A DNA stretch of 64,000 nucleotides from Thecamonas trahens ATCC 50062 (Eukaryota; Protista; Apusomonadida), in NCBI RefSeq assembly GCF_000142905.1, contig NW_013657657.1:392396-456395 (forward strand). Reading direction: 5' to 3'. The stretch's first letter is position 1, and each line of letters opens with the position of its first letter. Positions 56,601 through 64,000 of the stretch are shown in pieces. The notes under the pieces were generated by a model. It did no database searches and had not been told where the DNA came from. It was given only the letters and a program-made list of their open reading frames with translations. Made by a program: the position numbers and the translations under genes.

Positions 56601-56704
56601 ACACCACGTTTGCGGACATGGGCGACGAGTTTGCATCGCAGGTCATGAACCTGGTTGCACCGGACGACGCTCGCGCTTTGCCCGGGTCGAGTGGAGGCGA
56701 GTGA
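50642..56704 (+). CDS. 2020-aa P-loop (AAA+/STAND-like) NTPase with class-I GATase-like domain and C-terminal vWA domain
   Basis: Walker A SSPGAGKT (~52700-52723); Walker B ILIVDEYH; sensor-like VVMIGN. GKGLYLGADEDPY...GRIFMDGGYTKL...AVWL domain. vWA MIDAS DIVFSIDASSSM...T...VVFLTDGQP. Confidence 0.85.
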   Translation: MPGFFSTTEVRPANTSGSGSARRPGLGGVGAAVEAGPTRTALEKNHSDTTVIFADNLLAITSAADSPRGVALLQCVGSGGTMYNVKPRMCLLGQPTRAKVFVATENEDWVFGLDRAEAIRNITSRLGLHDAVAEDLYEKREFDQSYESHDAAWKAINGSRGATTIVLRNALLSRRQGTVVSYNRNASNSSSWTIHLVAAHGIDADRRLARPGLLGLLTVGAVLSLHINSELGNLLWCIAFSGAASAGIAGYASPTIIPSSKSPEERAKFIRIARMLPDADWDAVHTAVAEIGSSILDKRPLPGFVTNSAELKSAVDNSTARQAPLTAELHALFADQRWQLLNRLVNAEQSRALAKELEAIALPADDHHEHRSTTGRVETLFLAPKTTAVFAPVSSPDLIGLLLNEDLAGGDAKKDESALSMVEWIEKVISLPLTHHGLIQWILGVAAGGGRRDMEAFEAMDELTVVEKIATFCLAQQCPNAMTADVLRGTFKLPPQIEAFAFRVNGQYGIHVISSLKHSTMRELGFPMVEVDVSWLVASSFQDQELYSEIVRHFSPETLFVYVRGLESIPDRTVKWLAEYTRRAIFHYVMLEDTVTVFNHCEDRDRMCTRHAIPRSLAEERLVPTSTAAKRVLALVPYTPIDSAAAGISHIRGAEMSFNSALNATWEGELAKMLQPNSGVNVAVVISSPGAGKTYTVTVMRKKRGAAVVPIIDASSPDLVRVSLKSWLDNHLGDTAEILIVDEYHRLDEYQKASLFDWIHLTLLAQPHLKVVMIGNRHSAYDDRLIEDFSAASKMTTELLWCRLSIAKAVTGITPAINSHKQGIFLTIYFTAARNLFGDEAISLRNRSDLLAMAAQPTISVSNLAALVLDKMPTIGECFAALFACEVVELTERVVLDMDKRGASSTPGEYDMYAAEVRKMALSEWIPRRGNEKPEALLVGAAVLSSDTLSYPELKVASRSELHPGGLLMAWAKMTCDEADSIAAKVFKYDSVLRMKLVEQVGFPLVEGVGLESTMGPECETLTLVGDYTDLPFMIDNLARGHTFDWPGQVKPVWQRHYVQSAEAFNELLSVAPRPNLVLDAIDSQNLANLLQTYPDPAFAHRVAKNLTAHQFSTVIAGLSETDAHLIPTWMHEAKCHASWVLVVDVWARDGGDAKIEELLADISLSLGVILMWAAENAAPFARVGSLAEAEACEAKLISSLVQLVHSLFSDSPASDGDVMTPPFVALFRSCFAPLLGEVLTCLAEEGASEKAAALALVCANGEYPTPETWPSAVKIIGRMLHNNALPQDSELEVQGVLDLLIDDSGAWPSLVLAGAEQMSKSIAAMAIQLIGRVLKMQSLPRVWQIAFCRGGELVKKAMGETSMPDLRRRLDSAIKELPAAAIDIGKHKLEEEIVGLKARHVEAARMRMQRRRDVVESASAISYQAQMKYMDRAGLSSSDKGHRRITQFYNNYALAEPSEWPDEEAKACKNPADAKFDLGRPGAFVGRRIVLGVFLRRTLASGASFEEDLALFKIALEAKGFVYEVIHDENVFADRLLGGNVDEAWLISGSANNVYKKYPTEDGRSAMWTKLAHACLVHHLAGKGLYLGADEDPYLAHANVVLSALYATADVAGSSSGARAVPYFAGNDPGQAILEPKGTPGKDDDATFSTGLFLTTGLQQIFEGVTVSSVLGLSGVSAVLHPKLTPKNTIACRESHRIRDGIHGRIFMDGGYTKLLNGEFKEAGTERMVGNVAVWLLNIDPVVKLNKKHGFRLRPVLDDGARAEWEAVMEKAKQVADARMATWVLEAPVPKVVPVDIVFSIDASSSMRGSGLAAVTSWAKNFVDRHSRRFDVGEKKPRGAVPRFAIVTFAGPNGMHSKRISGFDDSTKTIKTKLDSLKASGMTSYRTGLGLAHEVIAEDASNDGRRAYAVVFLTDGQPSHWDTEMESVHLIRTELETQFSAKIVTVSMEIAADAKAIVHERLTHVASLREGATVGSTNLDDYLVIDTTFADMGDEFASQVMNLVAPDDARALPGSSGGE

Positions 56705-57365
56705 GTTTGCGGGCGATGGCTCCGAGGGCGCGGGCAAAGCGGGTGGCGTAAAAGAGCGATGGATCGATGGTCTCCTCGCGCCACGTGAGGATCTTGACGA
56801 CGGCGGCCGATGTGAGCGCAGTAAGAAAGTAGCGGGCGCCCTTGTGTCCAGCGTATAGATGGCCGAGGCTCTCGTCGACAGCCCAAGAGATGAGAACGGG
56901 CGCGGTGATCGTGGCGAGGACGGATGGCGGCGGAGCGACAGGATGGACGACAACAACGGCATCGACTGTGCGCGGGGCGGCTGCAGCGTACTCGAGGGCG
57001 GTCCGGCCGCCGACAGATCGGCCGCCGAGAACGAGCCAGGCGCGCGGTGTCAGGGCGTCGAGGACTGTGTCGAGGACGGTGGCGACGGCGTGGGTCGAGC
57101 GGAAAGCGCGGCGTGAACCAGACGACGCGCCGTAGCCGGGCATGTCGACCATGACGACAGAAGCGTTGTGGATGAGAGGGAGACTCGCCCATGCCTTCCA
57201 GGATGAGCCCCGACCGTCGCCGTGGAGCAGCAGGACGAGCCCGGCATTGTGGGCAGTGTCCGGCGCGGGCAGACGGACGAGATGGATGTCGCCGTGAGCA
57301 GTGGCCACAAAGGCACAATCGCGGACGGGGTCGTCGTCTAAGGGAAGCCAGGTGAGAGCAGACAT
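56643..57365 (-). CDS. Alpha/beta hydrolase fold protein (ABHD14-like)
   Basis: LLLHG oxyanion motif; VDMPGYGAS; nucleophile elbow GRSVGG; LISWAVDE. Confidence 0.8.
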   Translation of the reverse strand: MSALTWLPLDDDPVRDCAFVATAHGDIHLVRLPAPDTAHNAGLVLLLHGDGRGSSWKAWASLPLIHNASVVMVDMPGYGASSGSRRAFRSTHAVATVLDTVLDALTPRAWLVLGGRSVGGRTALEYAAAAPRTVDAVVVVHPVAPPPSVLATITAPVLISWAVDESLGHLYAGHKGARYFLTALTSAAVVKILTWREETIDPSLFYATRFARALGAIARKLTRLHSTRAKRERRPVQPGS

Positions 57366-57647
57366 GACAGATGGAGGAAAAGGCAGTGATGATGGTGCAC
57401 CGGAGGGAGGGAGCGGGTTTTAGGGCAAGGAGGAGTTGTCGGAAGGAATGGGAAGGAATTCCGGATTTGGTGTGATGCGCGCGCCGGCAATGTGCGAGAT
57501 AGCCATCCTCGCTTGCCGGGACAATATCTGTCACCATGCAGTCCTCGCCTCGGCCTACATCATGACGATTGTGTAGACGGGGACACAGCGTTCATTGTAG
57601 AGATCGACCAGCAGTGGCACGGGCAAATGCTCGAGCACGGACATGGC

Positions 57648-59057
57648 CTACAGCTCAAGATCACCAGGGCCATCGGCGGCAAAGACCTTGTTGTCGGCAA
57701 CGTCAGGCATTTCGTCGAGGTTGGGAGGCGCGGCAGCGACCGAGGCCGAGGACTCGGACGGCTCGAGCTCGTAGAACTCAACTAGATCGTCGAGGACCGG
57801 GAAGACGACGCTCCGGGTCGCCGCCATCTCAACATACTCACCAGCAACGACCCTCAGAATAAGATCCGAAGTACAGACGTTGGTGAGGAATGCATTGGCC
57901 AGCGACTGGAAGAGCATGGCAAAGATCTTGAGCAGGTCAAACTTGTACGACGCCGCTGCGTCACCGATGATCTCCAGGAGCTGGAAGAGGCGATCATTGA
58001 GGATGAAGAAGAGCAGGATGAAGATGAAGGCCATACAGTAGCATGCCTTTTGGGCTCGAGAGACCCGCTTCATGATCTTGGCATGAGTCTCGTGGTCGAG
58101 CGCGTGGATGAGCCTGCGCCCAAGAATGAGAAATACGGCTTCAGAGAGGACGACAAATAGCAGGGCCAGCGCCATCCACACATCGCCGATGGTCTGGTAC
58201 GCCGACGACGAGAGTGTGTACATGAGCGGGACAAAGAGAATCGGCTTAGACATGGCCAGAAAGCCCGGCAGCGGATGCCATGGCAGAGCAGCCTTGACAA
58301 TCAAGGCGCCCTTCTGGATGCCCGGGAAGAGTGAGATGACCACCGGTGCGAGTGTGATGAGCGACCGGACGCCGTAGCCGGCGCCGACCACTGTCTCGAT
58401 GTTGACCAGAATCAGATCGTAGAGGTCATTGCAGTTCTTGGGACAGTCCGAGTCCTCCAGCGAGACCAGCTCAGCGCACCGATAGCCCTCGTCGCTGGCC
58501 TTGGCCGACACGCACAGCGCCGTCACCACGTCCTTGGTCACGCCCTCCTTGGCAAACGCATCCGCAATGTCCACAAGCCGGCGATACGGCACAAGCTGGA
58601 GCAGGAACGGCAGCGAGAAGGTCATGAGCCAGCAGATCCGCAGCAGCTTGTTCGGCACATCGCGATTCTTCCACTTGAACAGGGCCACACACATGAGCAG
58701 CCACGAGACGACCAGCACCACCAACTTGATGATGACAATCGCCAGTTCGGTGTTGTACACCGTCTCGAAAATCCGCTTCATGGACTTTTCGGCTTCATCG
58801 CGATCCTGACGCGGCTGATCGAGCGAGAGCACCAGCGAGGTACTCACCAGAATCATGGCCACAAAGAAGCACAGAACCAACAGCAGAATGTTCGAATGCC
58901 GCCAAAGGACAAATGACAGCGAAGCTTTTCCGTTTTCGTGGTCAGCGACATAGCCCATCTCCGACTCAAAGGCCGGCATAGCTTCCCATGAGCCGCAGCA
59001 AGCACGCGCAAGGTGCGAGTGCGGCAAACCTTTCTTCTTTCCGTGTTCCACAGCCAT
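57648..59057 (-). CDS. Uncharacterised multipass membrane protein (~7 TM) with Cys-containing loop
   Basis: Long ORF with repeated hydrophobic 20-mers; start codon uncertain. Confidence 0.7.
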   Translation of the reverse strand: MAVEHGKKKGLPHSHLARACCGSWEAMPAFESEMGYVADHENGKASLSFVLWRHSNILLLVLCFFVAMILVSTSLVLSLDQPRQDRDEAEKSMKRIFETVYNTELAIVIIKLVVLVVSWLLMCVALFKWKNRDVPNKLLRICWLMTFSLPFLLQLVPYRRLVDIADAFAKEGVTKDVVTALCVSAKASDEGYRCAELVSLEDSDCPKNCNDLYDLILVNIETVVGAGYGVRSLITLAPVVISLFPGIQKGALIVKAALPWHPLPGFLAMSKPILFVPLMYTLSSSAYQTIGDVWMALALLFVVLSEAVFLILGRRLIHALDHETHAKIMKRVSRAQKACYCMAFIFILLFFILNDRLFQLLEIIGDAAASYKFDLLKIFAMLFQSLANAFLTNVCTSDLILRVVAGEYVEMAATRSVVFPVLDDLVEFYELEPSESSASVAAAPPNLDEMPDVADNKVFAADGPGDLEL

Positions 59058-59898
59058 CGCTTCCGGACACACGTTGGAGACAAGTGGATGTAAGCTTCAG
59101 TGTCAACGCTGTGCCCCCGCACGTCTCTCCGGTGTCACCCGCGCCTCACCAACCCACGCTGTCAGTGCGGGACTGAACCACAACGGAACAAAGTGTTGCG
59201 ATTGTGCGGACTTTCAACCTAGGCTGACCATGCACCGACCATGCACCTATAGTTAGTATTTGCAGATCACCTTCTGCCCCGATAGTGGTTAGTGTGGGCC
59301 GGTAAGCGCTTGTGCGTGGTCACTATGTGTTGTTCCTGCTTGCTTGCTGATGCTGATGATGCTGATGCTGTTGTCGTCCGCGCCCGTCCGCATTCAACCA
59401 AAACTCGGCCGACGATAGCATGCCTACGATCTCCAGCGCCACAAGGAACTATCGCGACGCGAACCTGTTGGATTGGCATCATGGAGATCATTGTCATGGT
59501 GGATGTCGGCGAGCGTTTGGAGTCGCGTTGCATGGCGGCAGGGACAGGACGGCCAACTGCAGGCGAGTGCGACAATGCGAGGTCAGCCTCTGCCCGGAGT
59601 GTGGCTCGTGCGTATTGTCATCGTGGCGGGCTGGTAAACGCTTGTGCGTGGTCGCTTCGGGTTGTTGATGCTTGCTGATGCTTGCTGATGTTTGCTTACG
59701 TGCTGATGCTGATGCTGCTGCTGCTGCTGCTATCGTCGTCGGCGTGGTGTGACCGACTGCAGACGCGACATATGACTGGCGGCATGCGACAGGAGACCGA
59801 GGACAGGTAATACGCAACCGACAACAGGCTAGCAAGCAGACACCGCACTCGACTGTGCCATACGCACCCTACCACAACAGAGCATAGTCTACAAAGAC

Positions 59899-60309
59899 AT
59901 GGCCATGGAGCTTGACGGTGGGTCGGAGAAGGCGGTGAACAAGTGCGCGGGCAAGGTGAGCCAGTATGTGACGGTCTTGGCCAACGAGCCGTCGTTAGGA
60001 TTGATGAGAGTGAACGAGCACATCGCCAAGGCGACTCCAGAGCTGTTGGACAGGATGGAGAACGTTGATGGAGCTACAGATGGCATTGCTGCTGGAGTTG
60101 TCGACATTGAGTATGCAGGAGAGGCTGTCGAGACGCTGCTGGCGTCGGCGACCGTCTTCGACTCCATCTCGGGCTACATCTCCAGCGCGGCAGGAGCAAC
60201 AGCGTCGATACTCTCCGAGCAAAAGGCAAGGAAGAAGCGCGGCGAAAAGGGCGGGCTGCCTGTGGCCCTTCCAAGCGAGCCGTATGTGCCGCGGGCGGAG
60301 CGATCGTGA
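59899..60309 (+). CDS. BORCS8: BLOC-1-related complex subunit 8 (MEF2BNB family)
   Basis: VTVLANEPSLGLMRVNEHIAKATPEL...DIEYAGEAVETL matches the family signature VLANEPSxxLxRxxEH. Confidence 0.85.
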   Translation: MAMELDGGSEKAVNKCAGKVSQYVTVLANEPSLGLMRVNEHIAKATPELLDRMENVDGATDGIAAGVVDIEYAGEAVETLLASATVFDSISGYISSAAGATASILSEQKARKKRGEKGGLPVALPSEPYVPRAERS

Positions 60310-60984
60310 ACTGCTCACGTTGCAGACCGCGCCGCGCTCAACAAGGCAATGCAAGGCGGATGCGCTACGTTGAGCCGGAGTCTTTCAGCGACATCATGCC
60401 CAACTTGCCCGAGGGCCCCTGCGCGCTTGCCACCGCAGCCGAGAAGTGGGACGCGCTGACAGCCATTAGCAGTGGTGGGAAGCGAAAGCACGAGCGAGAA
60501 GATGCGGGCCAAACGTCAAGAAGATGAAGCAGGCTAAACAGCCAAAAGTGCAGGCCGGGTTGTGGATGGATGGGCTGTGATGCTAGCTGGGGCAGGCGGG
60601 TGGCGGAACTGTAGCGACCCTGAGTCTGGCATTCCAGCTGGAGCGAGCGTGCTGGGCAACAGCGGCAGGCTGGATGGCCACGTCCCGTGGTTCCGCTACT
60701 GGATCAACCAAGCATCTATGGTCTGCAGGCCGATACCAGGCGCGGCCTGTTTGCGGCGCGGAGTATGGGTTCGGCCATGCTGACCCCGCATGGGCCTGGT
60801 CAGCAGCTAATCGTCATCGCGGAGGAGCGGTAGAAGCGGGCTCGTCGCCATATTCTCGCGGCGCGAGTTCGAGGCGCCCGTCCCGCCGTCCGCAGCATGC
60901 CACACCCGGATCATCTTGTCCCACGACCACGAATTCAGGACAGACAGCTGGCCATTCGCACTCGACAGCGCAATCACACCGTGC

Positions 60985-61441
60985 ACACCAATGCTGGTGC
61001 CTGGTTGGTGGCAGGATATACCACCGCGCAGTCATCAAGCTCCTTATCGCCCGGCAGCACAGGCAAGGTTTGCGACTGTGACCCGTTCCACGATGCAATA
61101 GGCAGCAGCGCAGGTAGAAGTTGTGCCGCCAACAGAGATGCCGGCGCCTGCTCGTCAAACTCGTCTCCGGGACCGAGATCATAAGTTGCGACACATGCAA
61201 GCTCAACGTCGACTTCTCCCGCTGTCGAGGCGCCCCGCTGCGTCAAGCACGGCGCGCGTTCCGGTCGAGTGCGGCGCGGTCGAGCGCAGCGCCAACGGCT
61301 GCGTCGAGCAGCGCCTCCTCTTCGACGCAGGGCTCTGTTGCGCGCACAAGCCAGGGGATTTGGGAAAAGCGCATTCAGCGCGCCGCCGCGACGCGCGAGG
61401 CCTTGCTCGAGATCGTGGGTAACACAATGACGAGCCGGTAA
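60985..61441 (+). pseudogene. Possible degenerate RING-IBR (RBR-type) gene relic
   Basis: One frame reads CWC...YHRAVIK...L*PVPRC...*KLCRQQRC...ISCDTCK...SRC with two in-frame stops. Confidence 0.35.
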
Positions 61442-61670
61442 ATCCGTCCGCCAGCCTCGACGCATTCAGGAGCGCCACCGAGCCTCCCCACCGCGCCCTA
61501 TCATGAGCTGGTAGTCAACATCTTGTGCCACGTCGGATGGGCGCCCTTACTATTGAACACCGCCACCCTCACTTCGCCGCCCACGAGTACATACTCTGGT
61601 ACCGCGATGTGCCAGCAGCCCCGCCCGCCCAGCGCCGCCACCCGCCCGCACTTCAAACGCGCGAAGAGGT

Positions 61671-64000
61671 TGTGATGGGCAAGGCCGGAGGAGGGAGGGG
61701 AGGAGTGGGTTGGAGGGCAAACTAGTAGTCATTGTCATTACTGTGGCTATCTCTATGCATCGTCTCCAATGCCCTGTAGATAGCTAGCTTGCTCTCGGTG
61801 GTGCCGGCGGTGGTCGGTGGGCGGCGGGCGGCGGTCAGCGGCGAGCAGCCGGCGGTCGGCAGCGATGCTGTTGACGGGCTGGCGTCGGCTGATGTGCGTA
61901 TCAGGGCAAGTGAAGTGGATCGGTATGTTTGCAGGTATGGTACGTATGTGTGGTGTGGATGTGGTGATTGTGGATGGAGATGGTGGGGAGTGGGGGTCGG
62001 AGATGGGCCCGGGGCGGGGTGGTCAGCAGCATCGAAGGGACACAGGGCCAACAGCTTAGGCCCGAGCCGGCGGAACTCGGATTCTGGAATACTGCAGTTG
62101 TAGATTGGAGACTGTGCCTGGGGTAGTGTGGGCGTGTAGTAGAGTAGTAGTCAAATCAGATTGGTCATATCTTGCAATGGGGTTAGTGGGGGGCGTGTGC
62201 GGGGTCGAGCGGACGAGGGCGTGCTCAACCACCTAGGGAGAACAAGTCGACGCGAAAGTGAGCCGAGGTGGATGAGTATCGATGACAGCGATATTGATAC
62301 TGGTGATAGTACGCGGTGAGTGATGACCTTGGGCGTGGTCGTGGATGGCGTACCTGGTGGTGGGAAGGAGCTAGGTGGTCATGAAGGTGGGCCTGATCGG
62401 GCGAGCGGGCGGCGGCTGGCGGCTGGTGGTCGGCGAGGAGGGGACAGCTGAGGGGGCTGGGTCGGGGCTGGGTGGCTTGACATTGCTGTTGGTTGGAGAT
62501 TGGGCAGAAAGGTATTTGGTGGTTGACGGATGGCAGTGTCGGGGTCGGGGGATGAGGATGGGGGTGACGTAGAGCGGGGAGAGGAGGAGGAGGAGGAAGA
62601 GGAAGCCGAGTGCGCGATGGGATGGTGGTGAGGATGGCCATGGCATGGGGGTGGGAGTTGTGGCTGGGATGGAAGTGATGGTGGTGAGTTAGGGGGTGAG
62701 GGTGGTGGTTGGGGTGACGGGTGGTAATGAGTATGGTAGGGGGGATGAGGGGGGTCGTGATGTGGGAGGCGGGACGGGCGAAGTGATAGTGGGTATGGCG
62801 ATTGGGCTTGAGCATTGATGAAGGTGAGTATGATACGGCTGATGGGTGTGTGTGGGGTGTGGTTGATGAGGGTGGAGGGGCTTGGGCGGCAAGTGTGAGG
62901 AGGGCGGACGGATTGGATTGAGATGGACGTCGATGGAGACGATGGCTTGGGATTGGACAGGGAGGCAGACCACTGCACTGTAGTCCACCACTGCATTGCC
63001 TATCGCTTGCCCTTGCCCCCTCTTGTTCTTCCTTGTCTTGGCCAGCCCGGTGTCTTCGTCGTCTGGCTCGGTGATCGGCAGCAGGGGCGGCGGGCGATGA
63101 GCAGGCCGGCGCGGGCTGTGATGGGCAAGGCCGGAGTAGGGAGTGGAGAAGTGGATTGGAAAGCAGACTGTTAGTCATTGCTATTGATGTGGCTATCCGT
63201 ATGCATCGTCTCCAATGTCCTGTCGATGGCTAGCTTGATCTCGGTGGTGCCGGCGGTGGTCGGTCGGCGGCGGGCGGCGGTCAGCGGCGAGCAGCTGGCG
63301 GTCGGCAGCGATGCTGTTGACGGGATGGCGTCGGCTGATGTGAATATCGGCGGGCAGGGATTGGATGGATGAGGTTGCAGGGATAGTGGGTAGGTGTGGT
63401 GTGGGTGTGGTGGTTGTGGGTGAAGATGGTGGGGAGTGAGGGTCGGATATGGGCCCGGGGCAGGGGGGTGAGCACCTTCGAAGGGACACAGGGCCAACAA
63501 CTTGGGCCTTAGCTGGCAGAACTCGGATTCTGGAATACTACAGCTATGGATTGGAGACTGTGCAAGGGGGTAGTGTGGGCGTGTAGTAGGGTGGTAGTGA
63601 AATCAGATTGGGCATATATTGCAATGAGATTGGTGGGGGGCATGTGCGGGGTCGGGCGGTCGAGGACGTGCTCAACCACCTAGGCAAAACAAGCCGACGC
63701 GAAAGTGAGCCGAGGTCGATGGGTATCGATGACGGCGATATTGATACTGGTGATAGTATGGGGCGAGTGATGATCTTGGGCGTGGTTGTGGGTTGTGTAG
63801 CTGGTAGTGGGAAGGAGCTAGGTGGTGGTGAAGGTGGGCTGATCGGGCGAGCGGGCGACGGCTGGTGGCTGGTGGTCAGCGAGGCGGGGACAGCTGAGGG
63901 GGATGGGACGAGGCTGGGAGGCTTGAGAATGCTGTTGGTTGGTGGATGGGCAGTGTGGCTGGTGATGGTTGAGGGGTATGGGTGTCGAGGTCGGGAATGA
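61671..64000. repeat. ~1.45-kb diverged tandem repeat; copy 1 from ~61671, copy 2 from ~63117 running off the window
   Basis: Colinear blocks such as tgtgatgggcaaggccgga, gtggtgccggcggtggtcgg, gaactcggattctggaatact and gtgctcaaccacctagg recur ~1445 bp apart. Confidence 0.9.

Noticed and set aside
57366-57645. Possible N-terminal extension of the hydrolase or a small separate gene
   Set aside because: Would need extra frameshifts or introns with no clear signals; no recognisable motif.
62225-63178. 317-aa His/Pro-rich ORF in the terminal repeat
   Set aside because: Low-complexity product of strand bias; lacks the codon pattern of the real genes.

Overview
GC-rich, gene-dense, intron-poor genomic DNA from a flagellated unicellular eukaryote. 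An apusomonad such as Thecamonas fits the composition and gene content, but this is an inference. Two assembly gaps sit next to poly-G/C tracts. Contents in order: 3' part of an outer-arm (DNAH5/8-type) dynein heavy chain; a FAR1/WRKY-like Zn DNA-binding protein; an NT-C2+DIL protein; a bacterial-type PBP4/DacB peptidase with signal peptide, TM anchor and lysosomal dileucine tail; a Rad60/Esc2/NIP45-like SUMO-like-domain protein; a ~4000-aa myristoylated HECT E3; three identical tRNA-Glu(CTC) genes; an IQ-DH-PH RhoGEF with a ~500-aa EAEAAAKAK helix; a YIPF1/2 protein; an NYN-LOTUS RNase next to a PAM2-CUE-CCCH-Smr nuclease; two tandem PC-esterase/TBL-like genes separated by a 38-bp minisatellite; a head-to-head pair of ~2000-aa proteins; an alpha/beta hydrolase; a multipass membrane protein; BORCS8; a probable RING-IBR relic; and a ~1.45-kb tandem repeat. 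The best candidate for a novel system is the divergent pair at 43584-56704. The two proteins appear to be distant paralogues. One has an intact P-loop NTPase plus GATase-like and vWA domains, the other a degenerate P-loop, which recalls paired sensor/executor immune NTPases. Six apparent -1 frameshifts can each be repaired by adding one base to a homopolymer and are most likely sequencing under-calls.
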